The notes below the pieces were generated by a model that saw only the letters and a program-made list of their open reading frames with translations, was not told the origin of the DNA and did not search any database. Below are positions 1-9,286 of a DNA stretch of 64,000 nt, one piece after another (positions within the stretch are counted from its first letter, which is position 1; every line of letters starts with the position of its first letter). The position numbers and the translations under genes are program-made. Source of the DNA: an uncultured Candidatus Saccharibacteria bacterium (lineage in GTDB: Bacteria > Patescibacteriota > JABMPQ01 > JAQVVF01); contig CAZNOH010000001.1 of assembly GCA_964574655.1 (NCBI GenBank), positions 73,852-137,851 on the forward strand. Direction: 5' to 3'.

Positions 1-103
1 ATATTATTAAAAATCATTGCGCCTGACCCTATGCCAATAAAGTCGATTCCTTTGCGTAGATTTTTTGAATTCATTTTAGTAAAAATTTTAATTAGAATTT
101 AGA

Positions 104-1117
104 TTATAACCATTTTTTCTTTCTGAAATAAATCATCATTGTAACTGCTACTCCAAACATTATCAATAAAACTGCTGGATAGCCCCAACGGGATTGAAGT
201 TCCGGCATGAATTCGAAATTCATTCCATAAAGTCCGACAATAAAAGTTAAAGGAATGAAAATTGTGGCAATCATTGTCAGGACTTTCATGATTTCATTCA
301 TTTTGTTGCTGATTGTAGATAGATAAATTTCAATCATGCCAGCCAAAATATCGCGTAAAGTTTCAACATTTTCAATTACTAAAACTGTGTGATCATAGAT
401 ATCTCTCAAATAAATTTTTGTATTTTCATTAATCAAAGGCGATTCTTCTCGTTGCATTCTATTGATTACTTCACGCAAAGGCCAGATAGATCTTCTTAGA
501 TCAATTATTATTCTCTTGAGATTGTTAATATCTTGAAGCGTGCTGGAATCTGGATCGTGCAACAATTCTTCTTCAACGTCTTCGATTTTATCGCCTAATT
601 TTTCGATGACTGTAAAATAGTTGTCAACTATTGCATCAATCAGCGAGTAGCATAAATAATCAGTGCCTAATTTAGAAATTTTATTTTTGCCTGTTTTGAT
701 TTGACTGCGGACAGGATTAAAAACATCGCCTTTTATTCCTTCTTGAAATGAGACAACAAATCCTGAGCTTAGAATAAGACTGATTTGTTCTGAAGCTAAT
801 TGATTGATATTGTTGTTTTGGTAGTAAACCATTCTTAAAACAATATAAATATAGTCACCATAATCTTCAATTTTTGGACGCTGTCTGGTGTGGTAAATGT
901 CTTCAATTACAAGCGGATGCAAGCCATAACATTTGCCAAGCTGTTCTAAGGCTTGTCTTTGTTGCAGTCCATCAATGTTAATCCAAGTGACTGTTGGTTT
1001 ATTCTTGTATGCAAAACATTCAGTGATTGATTTGATTGTTTTTTCTTGATAACTGGTTTTGCTATAATCAATTAGATTTATTTTTGGACGACGTCCATGT
1101 TTTGGTTTTAGTTGCAT
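104..1117 (-). CDS. corA: Magnesium/cobalt transporter CorA
   Basis: 337 aa; two C-terminal TM helices; YGMNFEFMPEL signature (GMN motif) diagnostic of the CorA family. Confidence 0.85.
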   Translation of the reverse strand: MQLKPKHGRRPKINLIDYSKTSYQEKTIKSITECFAYKNKPTVTWINIDGLQQRQALEQLGKCYGLHPLVIEDIYHTRQRPKIEDYGDYIYIVLRMVYYQNNNINQLASEQISLILSSGFVVSFQEGIKGDVFNPVRSQIKTGKNKISKLGTDYLCYSLIDAIVDNYFTVIEKLGDKIEDVEEELLHDPDSSTLQDINNLKRIIIDLRRSIWPLREVINRMQREESPLINENTKIYLRDIYDHTVLVIENVETLRDILAGMIEIYLSTISNKMNEIMKVLTMIATIFIPLTFIVGLYGMNFEFMPELQSRWGYPAVLLIMFGVAVTMMIYFRKKKWL

Positions 1118-1248
1118 AATTTATTTATATTTGTTTTAGTAATTAGAATTGTGAAGTGTGAATTCTAAATTTTAAATTTTATTTTTGAAAAATTGCAATA
1201 AGAAAGAAAATTATCCTACTTATATTATAATCTTTTGAAAGTAGATAA

Positions 1249-1560
1249 TCAAATCTGTTTTGTTTCTTCTAAAATAATTTTTTTCTTAAAGCTGCCTCGT
1301 TGCAATGCTTTTTTGATACGAATATTCTCTAGTTTTCTTTTTGTAATTTTTTTAGCCGTACTAATTGCATAAATCACTTCAAGAATATCAGCTAGCTCTT
1401 CAACATTATTATTTTTCTTGAATTCATCAACTTCTTCTTGCAATTTTTCAACTAATTTTTGATTATATTCTTTTTGTTTAGCAATGTGCGTAATTGGAAT
1501 TAAATTATCTTTTTTTATAATTTGTGGTATTTTGTCGCGAACTAACTTATTATATTTCAT
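1249..1560 (-). CDS. MazG-like nucleoside triphosphate pyrophosphohydrolase (small all-alpha NTP-PPase)
   Basis: 103 aa; N-terminal KLVRDKIP motif and EExxD/E acidic helix pattern typical of the MazG/HisE-like house-cleaning NTP pyrophosphatase family. Confidence 0.55.
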   Translation of the reverse strand: MKYNKLVRDKIPQIIKKDNLIPITHIAKQKEYNQKLVEKLQEEVDEFKKNNNVEELADILEVIYAISTAKKITKRKLENIRIKKALQRGSFKKKIILEETKQI

Positions 1561-1564
1561 AATA

Positions 1565-2050
1565 TTAGATTATTACAAAATCTTTTTGATCAATTATCTT
1601 TTCCATTTTTTTGAAAAGCTTTATAACTTCAGGAACGTTTTTTATCATTGGTTTGAAGGAGCTGATTTTATTAATTTCAACCCATTTATGATTTGAATAT
1701 TCGTTACTTAATTCTATTTTCCCATTTTTATAAATAGCATAATAATGAGGAAGAATCATGTGATTGCCATCTTTTTTTATATAAAAATAATTTGTTGTTA
1801 ACTTTTGATAAATCTTTATTTTGAAATCTTTGCCGACTTCTTCATTTTTTTCTCTTCTTAAGCCTTCTAATTCTTCTTTTTTTAAACCTTTAAAAAATTT
1901 TTGATCAGTTGTTTCCATTTTTCCGCCAATGAAAGAATAGAGGTCATTAAAATCAGCTTCTCCTTTTCTTTGGCATAATAAAACTCTTCTTCGATCTTTT
2001 GAAAAGACAATAATTTTTTGGCAAATTTGAAAGCTATATTTTTCGTTCAT
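1565..2050 (-). CDS. NUDIX hydrolase
   Basis: 161 aa; Nudix box GGKMETTDQKFFKGLKKEELEGLRREKNEEVG fits GX5EX7REUXEEXGU. Confidence 0.7.
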   Translation of the reverse strand: MNEKYSFQICQKIIVFSKDRRRVLLCQRKGEADFNDLYSFIGGKMETTDQKFFKGLKKEELEGLRREKNEEVGKDFKIKIYQKLTTNYFYIKKDGNHMILPHYYAIYKNGKIELSNEYSNHKWVEINKISSFKPMIKNVPEVIKLFKKMEKIIDQKDFVII

Positions 2051-2187
2051 AAAAGTAAATATTATATTAGTTTAACCCTAAAATAATAAACTTACAACCC
2101 TGTGGATTACTTTTCTTATGAAGTATGATAGAATATCATTGCTTATCTCAGAATTTCAAAAACAAAAACCAAACTTTCGAGAGGGGG

Positions 2188-2451
2188 GATGAAATGCAGA
2201 TAATAAGAGTAATGCATTTGTTGTTCGCTCAAAGCTTGCCTGTTGCAGGTTCAAGGTTTTTGACGCATTGCGGTAGAGAATTGCCCTTTGAAGGATTTTT
2301 GCCAACTGGAATGGCAGACGGAAGAATATGCAAAGAATGTTCAGGAAAAATAAATGGATATTCTGTTTTGTCAGGTTGTTCTGGATTGAAATGTTTTGTA
2401 GTTGTTGAATATGGAGAAGGTAGCTATTCCGAATCGTCGTGGGGAAATTAG
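2188..2451 (+). CDS. hypothetical small Cys-rich protein
   Basis: Internal ATG of ORF 2125..2451, preceded by strong SD gagaggggggat; no recognisable domain; could be spurious. Confidence 0.3.
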   Translation, partial: DEMQIIRVMHLLFAQSLPVAGSRFLTHCGRELPFEGFLPTGMADGRICKECSGKINGYSVLSGCSGLKCFVVVEYGEGSYSESSWGN

Positions 2452-2605
2452 TTTTGTTCTTTTTCGACCCTATTTGGGTCTTTTTGATTTTGGAGCTTCA
2501 GAACGTTGGATCTTCGGACCTTCGGAACATTAGAGTAAAAGCTGGATATTGATTATCTTTTTTGTGGTATAATATTGTTAGATTAGAATAATTAAATAAA
2601 AAAAT

Positions 2606-3301
2606 ATGAGAGGGAAATTTTTTGGAGCAACAATGGGTTGTTTTTTTGTTGCTTTGGTAATGTTGCTGGCAATGCCAGTTTCGGCAGCTACATCCTTCGC
2701 AAATAAAAGAGTATTCTTTGTGCATCATTCTACTGGCCAAATCTATTGGGACAATGGCATGAAATCTGCATTAAAAAGCAACGGCTATTCTGGTAAGGCG
2801 CCATGGTGGGATGGCAATACAGATCCTGGTGATTTTTATTCACTTTTTACAGATCCTAGCTCTTGGGCGACATTTGGAAATGCTGATATAATTATTTTTA
2901 AATCTTGTTATCCTGCAAGCTCTATAACTTCCAAATCAATGTTGAGCCAGTACAAAACTTGGTATAAAGAATTATTTACGATTTATAAAAGCCATCCTGA
3001 TAAATTGTTTGTTCCAATGTCAACTCCGCCATTGCCAAAAGCAATGACAAATGCTAAAGAGGCGAGCAGGGCAATTGAATTTGACACTTGGTTGGCAGGC
3101 AAATATGTTACAAAATATCATGAAAATTCAGGCAGAAATAATTTATTACCATACAGATTACACAAAAAATTAATGAATAATAATGGATATTTGGCAGGAA
3201 AATATGTTGTTGATCCTAATGATGGCCATCCAAATGTGTTATCTGGAAAAAGAGTTGGAAACACTTTAGTAAATTTGCTTAATAATTATTTTGCTAATTA
3301 A
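2606..3301 (+). CDS. secreted hypothetical protein
   Basis: 231 aa; N-terminal signal peptide (...LLAMPVSAATSF); followed by stem-loop plus T-run terminator at 3325-3354. Confidence 0.55.
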   Translation: MRGKFFGATMGCFFVALVMLLAMPVSAATSFANKRVFFVHHSTGQIYWDNGMKSALKSNGYSGKAPWWDGNTDPGDFYSLFTDPSSWATFGNADIIIFKSCYPASSITSKSMLSQYKTWYKELFTIYKSHPDKLFVPMSTPPLPKAMTNAKEASRAIEFDTWLAGKYVTKYHENSGRNNLLPYRLHKKLMNNNGYLAGKYVVDPNDGHPNVLSGKRVGNTLVNLLNNYFAN

Positions 3302-3324
3302 ATAATTATAGAAATTAGATTTTA

Positions 3325-3354
3325 AAACCAAAGAGCAGATCTTTGGTTTTTTTT
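3325..3354 (+). terminator. rho-independent terminator (ccaaag...ctttgg + T8)
   Basis: Perfect 6-bp stem followed by a T-run directly after the 2606..3301 stop. Confidence 0.6.
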
Positions 3355-3428
3355 GACATAATTTAAAATGTGGTGTACAGTATAATGTTTTGAGATAGCA
3401 CTTTTTCGGACAAAAAACGGAGGGGAAA

Positions 3429-3641
3429 ATGCCAAAAGCACCTGGTCCTGTTTCAAAGCGCGGAGATTTGGATTCTTCAGGAAAGAAAATTATTTTGAGA
3501 AGTGGCGATACTGGAAATATTTGTCCTGACGATATGGATTATTGTTGGGAATGCGGTTGTGTTGCCAAGAGAGAAGTCTTTCTGAAAAAAAATAGATGTC
3601 CAAATTTGAGATGTCCATCTCCTCATTTGTGGGATGATTGA
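3429..3641 (+). CDS. hypothetical zinc-ribbon small protein
   Basis: 70 aa; SD ggagggg upstream; CPDDMDYCWECGC...CPNLRCP Cys pattern. Confidence 0.4.
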   Translation: MPKAPGPVSKRGDLDSSGKKIILRSGDTGNICPDDMDYCWECGCVAKREVFLKKNRCPNLRCPSPHLWDD

Positions 3642-3681
3642 AATGATCTTTTGTAGCCGTTCAGTTTGTTGAGCGGTTTTT

Positions 3682-4371
3682 TTATTGTTCTAGATATTTG
3701 TTGTCTAGATAAACAGCAATTAGAGCTAAAATGGCGCAAATTAAGGCGAATTGGCAATAAATTGAAGGGAACATTACGCTCAAAGAAGGTAAAATAGTAA
3801 TTAGCAATAAAGCTGGTAATAAGCTTAAAAGATCAGCCATTAAAATAATTATATATATTTTTTTTCTAATTTTGTTTTTTTCTGATTTAATATCAAATAA
3901 CAGAATAATGCAAATGGAAATGATGTAGGTAAGGTAGTAAAAACAGTAAAGAACAGTTGGAATAAAATGGGTATCTAGTTGTGTAAAATGATTGTTCAGA
4001 ATAACAAAGATTGTTGAGCATTTTCCCAAGATAATAAAATCTTTGGTAAAAATTGCTATAAATGAAAAAATTATTGCTGGCAGATAAACTAGATAAACAA
4101 GTTTGTTTATTTTTTTATTAGCATATTTTAGGATAAAGTGAATGCCTAATGGCGGTAAAAATGTGTAGATAGTAAAAGCTATTGTGCCCCAAAGATTTGG
4201 ATTTGTAGTTTCGCAAAGCATGAATTGAGTGAATTGATAAAGTCCAAGCAAGATTATAAAGATAGCTAACAATTTGGCAATAGCTGGTTTTTTTGATTTT
4301 AGAAATATAAAAATACCGGCACCGAATTCAATCAGGGCAGTTGCTAAAGATATTTTTGGACTAAAACACAT
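3682..4371 (-). CDS. polytopic membrane protein, unknown function
   Basis: 229 aa, 6-7 hydrophobic helices. Confidence 0.5.
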   Translation of the reverse strand: MCFSPKISLATALIEFGAGIFIFLKSKKPAIAKLLAIFIILLGLYQFTQFMLCETTNPNLWGTIAFTIYTFLPPLGIHFILKYANKKINKLVYLVYLPAIIFSFIAIFTKDFIILGKCSTIFVILNNHFTQLDTHFIPTVLYCFYYLTYIISICIILLFDIKSEKNKIRKKIYIIILMADLLSLLPALLLITILPSLSVMFPSIYCQFALICAILALIAVYLDNKYLEQ

Positions 4372-4393
4372 AATTTATAATTTAAAAGGTATT

Positions 4394-4421
4394 GACTTTA
4401 TTGTATTTTTATATATAATTT
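4394..4421 (+). promoter_or_regulatory. sigma70-like promoter TTGACT-16-TATAAT
   Basis: Canonical -35/-10 upstream of SD aaggagggg and the ATG at 4490. Confidence 0.5.
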
Positions 4422-4489
4422 TTGGTATTGCACCTTATCAAAACAATCTGACTTTGCTTACGTTCTGGCGGACAAAGGAGGGGAAAACA

Positions 4490-4915
4490 ATGAGCGGACA
4501 ATGGGTAAGATGGGATCAGGATCCAAGCAAGATTAGTATGTTGGCGAGTGATCCGAATTTTACTTTAGATCTGACCAAGTTGGAAATGGGTGACAAGCTA
4601 TTGGTGACATATGGGAGTAAGGCAGAAGGATTGGCAAACTTTATTATTGTCTCTCCGGCGACTGGATATACAAATAAGGATATGGCTAAGGCTTTGACTG
4701 TACTGCCGGAAAATAGGACTCGAAGAACGGATGTATTGATAGGCGGTTCGTGTACTTATAATCCTGAATCGTTCTTGGGCATTACTTCTATTACTTTAGG
4801 AAATTTGACTATCGGTCGAGATCTGATTTTTTGGATCGGTGATACTGAAAATGCAGTAATTAGATTTATGGTTTCTAAGATTCAAGTAATTCGCCGGGCA
4901 AAAGCTGAAGCCTAA
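4490..4915 (+). CDS. hypothetical protein
   Basis: 141 aa from the internal ATG after a strong SD; GC about 42%, higher than surroundings; no recognisable domain. Confidence 0.5.
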   Translation: MSGQWVRWDQDPSKISMLASDPNFTLDLTKLEMGDKLLVTYGSKAEGLANFIIVSPATGYTNKDMAKALTVLPENRTRRTDVLIGGSCTYNPESFLGITSITLGNLTIGRDLIFWIGDTENAVIRFMVSKIQVIRRAKAEA

Positions 4916-5035
4916 TAGTTCTTTATGTTGATATCGTAACATTGGTTACGATTTTTTATTGACATTGGGCGTCTTTTTTGATTAGCCCAGTATTTTTTCA
5001 ATCTGAAATTTTGCCATCAATTCTGAAATTTGCAA

Positions 5036-5362
5036 TTATTTTTTTAGCAAGTCTAGAAAAACCAGAAATGATCCGATGATAAATATTATAATTAATATTT
5101 TACGATGATGCTTAATGAACCAATCAGGAAAATTATTTTCAAAATAATCTTTTTTGCTTTTTGAATATTTTTTGGCAATTTTAGTTAGCGGACAATTCCA
5201 ATGATTAGCAATTAAAATAATTCCTTCGCTGATAACAATAAAAAACGGAATTATCAGCCAATAATTAATTTTGTTAGCAATTCTTGCATAAAGAATATAA
5301 AAAATAGAGCAGGCAACAAGAAGCCAGACAAAACTATGAAAAATTTTTAGAAAAATTATCAA
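5036..5362 (-). CDS. small membrane protein, unknown function
   Basis: 108 aa, 3 TM helices. Confidence 0.45.
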   Translation of the reverse strand: MIIFLKIFHSFVWLLVACSIFYILYARIANKINYWLIIPFFIVISEGIILIANHWNCPLTKIAKKYSKSKKDYFENNFPDWFIKHHRKILIIIFIIGSFLVFLDLLKK

Positions 5363-5381
5363 TTTGTTTTATTAAAAAATC

Positions 5382-5780
5382 TTATTCTGTTGTTTTGTTG
5401 TCAAATTCTGGTGAATCTTTTATTGCGTCTTCTTTTGTTGCTCTAACAACGCCATCTTGATGATGAGCAGGCGAATAAATTGTGTAAAGTTTTAGATCTT
5501 CTGTGTCTGAAGTATTGATGATATTGTGTTGTGCGCCGGAAGGGACAATGATAACTGATCCGTCTTTTAATTCATATTCATTGCCATCAATAATACATTT
5601 GCCTTGGCCTTTTTCAAAACGGAAAAATTGGTCATTTTCATTATGAACTTCCATGCCGATTTCTTCTTTTGGTTTTAAACTCATTAAAACTAATTGGCTA
5701 TGTTTGCTGGTGTAAAGCACTTTGCGAAAGTTGGTGTTTTGTAAAGTTTCTTGCTCAATGTTGGCGTTGAATCCTTTCAT
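5382..5780 (-). CDS. cupin-domain protein
   Basis: 132 aa; cupin motif pattern (G..EY..K.GS....P.G..H...N) around VIIVPSGAQHNIINTSD. Confidence 0.6.
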   Translation of the reverse strand: MKGFNANIEQETLQNTNFRKVLYTSKHSQLVLMSLKPKEEIGMEVHNENDQFFRFEKGQGKCIIDGNEYELKDGSVIIVPSGAQHNIINTSDTEDLKLYTIYSPAHHQDGVVRATKEDAIKDSPEFDNKTTE

Positions 5781-5834
5781 ATTCTTTTTGTTAAATTGTT
5801 ATTAATCATATGATAAATTTTGTGAAATCGCTAA

Positions 5835-6086
5835 TTAAGTTCTGCTGCGTTTGATGCCAATTATCATTCCTAAAATTATGCCGATAATTATAAATAAAAT
5901 TACAGCGTAAAGATAGTTGAGATTATTTTGTGTGTCAGGAAAAAAGATCAAGGCAATCAGCCAAGATAGAAAATAGCCTAAAAGTCCGCCTAGAATTGTG
6001 TAGAGAGGAATGACAAAAATTGTTTGAATCCTCCTTTGTCTTGAGATTTCGGAGGACGAGGGATTTTTTTTGTTTTTTGATTTCAT
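5835..6086 (-). CDS. small membrane protein
   Basis: 83 aa, two TM helices, contiguous with flanking genes. Confidence 0.4.
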   Translation of the reverse strand: MKSKNKKNPSSSEISRQRRIQTIFVIPLYTILGGLLGYFLSWLIALIFFPDTQNNLNYLYAVILFIIIGIILGMIIGIKRSRT

Positions 6087-6476
6087 TTATTTTTCGACAA
6101 CTATTGTTTTACCACCAGCTTTCTTGATTATGCCAATTGCTAGATACTCAACATCTTTGGAACCAATATTTCTCATTCTATGCTTGGCTTGGGATGGGAT
6201 GTAAACAGTATCGGTAGCTTTTAATGTTGTTCTTTCTTCATCGATTTCAATTTCTGCTTTTCCAGATATGATAATAAAGATTTCGTTCATATTCTCATGA
6301 TAATGTTGAGCAAAGCTTTTATTTGGTTTCATTTTTGCCCAATTGATCATTTGAATAGTCCCTTTAATTTTAAGGTCGTCAATTGTGAAAATGATTTTTT
6401 TTAATACGCCAGGATTTTGAGTGTTTTCGTGGCTAGCAGGAATAAATTTTTTATTTTCTAGACTAAATTTTTTCAT
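6087..6476 (-). CDS. cupin-domain protein
   Basis: 129 aa; cupin beta-barrel motifs (IISGKAEIEID...VYIPSQAKHRMRN). Confidence 0.6.
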   Translation of the reverse strand: MKKFSLENKKFIPASHENTQNPGVLKKIIFTIDDLKIKGTIQMINWAKMKPNKSFAQHYHENMNEIFIIISGKAEIEIDEERTTLKATDTVYIPSQAKHRMRNIGSKDVEYLAIGIIKKAGGKTIVVEK

Positions 6477-6820
6477 TTTTGCTTGGTTAATTTTCTTATT
6501 TTTTTGATAACTGCATCTTGATAAAGACGAAAAGTTTTTTTATTTTCTTTAACGTAAATATAAGGCGTGCCAAGAATTTCGTTGCATTTTTTGCATTTTA
6601 AAACAGGAATTTTTTTTAGATCTAATGTTTGTAAATTTGTCAGCTCCTGTGGCGCAAAAATTCGATCTAAATACATTCTACGTAAATTACCTGGTCCATC
6701 TTTTTGATAAATAGCAACTATATTTTCACATTTTCGGCATAAAATATTTAACAGTCTTGAATGACCACCACGTGCTGATTTGTATTTATCTTTTTTGAAT
6801 GAGAAACTTGATTTTTTCAT
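6473..6820 (-). CDS. hypothetical zinc-ribbon protein
   Basis: 115 aa; CRKCEN...CKKCNE (two CxxC pairs); 4-bp overlaps with neighbours suggest an operon. Confidence 0.45.
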   Translation of the reverse strand: MKKSSFSFKKDKYKSARGGHSRLLNILCRKCENIVAIYQKDGPGNLRRMYLDRIFAPQELTNLQTLDLKKIPVLKCKKCNEILGTPYIYVKENKKTFRLYQDAVIKKIRKLTKQK

Positions 6821-7123
6821 CTAATTATTGGTCAATGTAAGAATAAAGCTAGTATTTTTATTGGCTTTTAGAGAATGAATTACATTTTTTTCCAAATAAA
6901 TAAATACTCCTGGTAACATTTTTATTTCTTTTTCTTCAAGATTGAAAATACCATCTCCTTCAATAACATAAACAAATCCTTGTTTTGTTGATGTATGATT
7001 TGATATCTCTGTATCTTTTGCCATGCAAAATAAGGTAATATTTAATTTACTATTTTTTACAATATCCTTGCTTAAGATTCCTTTTTTTGGATATTCAATT
7101 AGATCAGTCAACTTTTCATTCAT
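6821..7123 (-). CDS. cupin-domain protein
   Basis: 100 aa; GFVYVIEGDG...PGVFIYLEKNVIHSLKA cupin pattern. Confidence 0.55.
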   Translation of the reverse strand: MNEKLTDLIEYPKKGILSKDIVKNSKLNITLFCMAKDTEISNHTSTKQGFVYVIEGDGIFNLEEKEIKMLPGVFIYLEKNVIHSLKANKNTSFILTLTNN

Positions 7124-7581
7124 AATTTTTCAAATTTAATTTTGTCATTAATATTAATCATATTATTATTGCAGAATCCAGCATTAACTTCAACAACAAA
7201 TTGAGCAGGTATTTTTGATGGAATTGATATTTCGCTGAGCGGAACAGTATTGTTGTGAATAGCGATTATTTCTTCAAGCTTGTTGACATAGATAATATCA
7301 AGAGGAATTAAAGTATTTTTCATCCAGAAAGATAATTGTTTTTCTGCATCAAAAATAAATAGCATGCCGGAATTTTCTGGCAATGATTTCCGCCACATTA
7401 ATCCTTGAGTTCTGTTTTGATCATTATTAGCAATTTCGATATTGATTGTTGTAATCAGGCTATTATCTCTTCTTAAAAATTGCAGCTCGCCATCTTTGAT
7501 AAAGGCTGGAGTGATTCTATTTGTAACTTCATTATTTGTCTTGAAATAAAAAATTATAAAAATACTTGCTATGAAAAACAA
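7120..7581 (-). CDS. DUF192-family protein (COG1430-like)
   Basis: 153 aa; TQGLMWRKSLPENSGMLFIF...FWMKNTLIPLDIIYV matches the conserved DUF192 core. Confidence 0.55.
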   Translation of the reverse strand: MFFIASIFIIFYFKTNNEVTNRITPAFIKDGELQFLRRDNSLITTINIEIANNDQNRTQGLMWRKSLPENSGMLFIFDAEKQLSFWMKNTLIPLDIIYVNKLEEIIAIHNNTVPLSEISIPSKIPAQFVVEVNAGFCNNNMININDKIKFEKL

Positions 7582-7639
7582 TGCTATTAAAGAAATAACT
7601 AGTTTTTTATATTTGTAGAGAATATGATTTTAAAATTTA

Positions 7640-7900
7640 TTATATTAAGGCTGTGATGGCTGTAGCAATTCCTAAAATAATACCTGGAACATTGGCAATT
7701 ATAATAGGCCAGTCTTTTTTTGTTTTGAATGTACCATATGATGTCCAGGCAATACAGTTTATTGTTGTTATGATTGGCAGAACTATTGATCCTGTTTGAC
7801 CAGAGATATTTAATCTAATTTGATCTATATACGAAAAATACATGGTAACAGCCATTAAAGAAGCAAACCATCCAATTTTATTTACAATATTTTCGTTCAT
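7640..7900 (-). CDS. SemiSWEET-like small sugar transporter (3-TM PQ-loop/MtN3 family)
   Basis: 86 aa, three TM helices; size and topology of bacterial SemiSWEETs. Confidence 0.45.
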   Translation of the reverse strand: MNENIVNKIGWFASLMAVTMYFSYIDQIRLNISGQTGSIVLPIITTINCIAWTSYGTFKTKKDWPIIIANVPGIILGIATAITALI

Positions 7901-7940
7901 AATTATAAAAAATATTAATTAAGTTTTGTTTTGGAATTTC

Positions 7941-8043
7941 GCATAACGGAAGCATATATCTGATGTCCGTCGAAGCGTTAGCGTAGGCGGATATGGGTGA
8001 AGTTCACCTCGTGCGGGCATAACCAGAGATACGTTGTTGTGCG
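7941..8043. repeat. attC-like imperfect palindrome E1 (GCATAAC...GTTGTGC)
   Basis: Outer boxes fit RYYYAAC/GTTRRRY with one deviation; inner inverted repeats catatatctga/ccagagatac; abuts the stop of ORF 8047..8424. Confidence 0.45.
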
Positions 8044-8046
8044 ATG

Positions 8047-8424
8047 TTAAATAATTTTTTTCAAATTTCCCAAAATACTTTCCGTAAATGGTTTACTTAA
8101 TTCACCGTTAGTCATCCATTCAAAATATTCCATTTCAGTTTTATTATCGTCTAATTTGCGATAAGTATATTTTACAAAATAATTTTCATCTAAATCCGAC
8201 AAAATAAATACCTCATTTTTTTTAATGTCTACGACTTTATATTCATCCCAATTATCACTTTCTCCGCGATTTTTATATCTCGTATTTATTTTTGGAGGAT
8301 ATTCATCAGCAACCTCTACTGAAATGGAAGGAATCCATAAGTGAGTATTTTGGGGATTTGTTGTAAACTCAAATACTTTATCAATCGGTTTATCTATGAC
8401 AACTGTAATTTTGTTTTCTCTCAT
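8047..8424 (-). CDS. SRPBCC (Bet v1/polyketide-cyclase-like) ligand-binding domain protein
   Basis: 125 aa; size and hydrophobic pattern of the SRPBCC/START superfamily; cassette-like context. Confidence 0.45.
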   Translation of the reverse strand: MRENKITVVIDKPIDKVFEFTTNPQNTHLWIPSISVEVADEYPPKINTRYKNRGESDNWDEYKVVDIKKNEVFILSDLDENYFVKYTYRKLDDNKTEMEYFEWMTNGELSKPFTESILGNLKKII

Positions 8425-8447
8425 ATTTGAAAAAATTATTTAATTTC

Positions 8448-8515
8448 GTACAACGGTCGCGAATAAAACGCAGTTGCTTTACGCAGTAAACAATTGCGGT
8501 TATTCGCTGTTGTGC
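8448..8515. repeat. attC-like imperfect palindrome E2 (GTACAAC...GTTGTGC)
   Basis: 68 bp; inner 8-bp inverted repeats gcgaataa/ttattcgc; outer boxes fit RYYYAAC/GTTRRRY with one mismatch. Confidence 0.5.
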
Positions 8516-8539
8516 GATCGTACAAAACTTTGCATCAAT

Positions 8540-9070
8540 TTATTCAATTTCAAATTTGGTTATATTTATAATTTTTTCAACTATCTGATCTTCGGAATAT
8601 GATTCCGGTAGTATAGTTTCTAATTCATGACCTGATTTATGTGCTGCAGGAAACCACTGCCTTATTTCGTCCTGACCATACTCAAAATTTGCTTCTTTTT
8701 TTTGATGCCTCTTTACTGTTTCTTCAAAACTCACATCAAAATAAAAAATATAACTTTTACCACTATGTACTGTGATCAATCTTTCGATAATTGATTGATA
8801 GGACTTTACTGAAAGAATGCCCTCTAAAATAACATTATACCCAGCTTGTAGGGCAATAGCTGTATTATGTTCAATCATTTTATGGATAACATTAGCGTTT
8901 GATTTACTTCCACCTCCAGCGGGTTTAAAAATGAATCGATAATAATCTTGGTGAATGAGTGCGGTTTTGCTTTTTGCTTTTTTAAATAAATTTTTAGCAA
9001 CAGTTGTTTTTCCTGCAGCAGATGGACCACGTAAAATTATAAATATATTTTTAGATAACTTATTATTCAT
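8540..9070 (-). CDS. P-loop NTPase/kinase (AAA_33/zeta-toxin-like fold)
   Basis: Walker A ILRGPSAAGKTT; start refined to MNNKLSK so the CDS does not overlap element E3. Confidence 0.55.
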   Translation of the reverse strand: MNNKLSKNIFIILRGPSAAGKTTVAKNLFKKAKSKTALIHQDYYRFIFKPAGGGSKSNANVIHKMIEHNTAIALQAGYNVILEGILSVKSYQSIIERLITVHSGKSYIFYFDVSFEETVKRHQKKEANFEYGQDEIRQWFPAAHKSGHELETILPESYSEDQIVEKIINITKFEIE

Positions 9071-9093
9071 ATTTTTAGCAAAGTTTTGTATGT

Positions 9094-9190
9094 TGCACAA
9101 CGTATCCGAATATCGGAAGTTGTCGAAGCGTAGCGAAGGCAATTTGCGAAAATTGCGAGCTGAGCAATTTTCCCGATATTCGGTGTTAGG
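9094..9190. repeat. attC-like imperfect palindrome E3 (GCACAAC...GTTAGGC)
   Basis: 97 bp; perfect 11-bp inner inverted repeats ccgaatatcgg/ccgatattcgg; outer boxes RYYYAAC-like and GTTRRRY (GTTAGGC). Confidence 0.55.
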
Positions 9191-9266
9191 CGAGGGTTCT
9201 TTTGCTCTACCTTAATGTAATTATATCAGATAAAAGGGCAAAAGAAAGCGCAGCGACCCCTTGAGT
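9191..9266. repeat. conserved ~80-bp cassette leader, copy 1
   Basis: Near-identical to 10009-10085 (GAGGGTTC.TTTG.CT...AAAGCG.AGCG.CCCCTTG); internal inverted repeat cttttgc/gcaaaag. Confidence 0.5.
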
Positions 9267-9286
9267 TTCGCTTTTAAGCAATAATT

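Noticed and set aside
2498-2740. 80-aa minus-strand ORF
   Set aside because: Overlaps the signal-peptide start of the better-supported + strand gene 2606..3301, with no SD.
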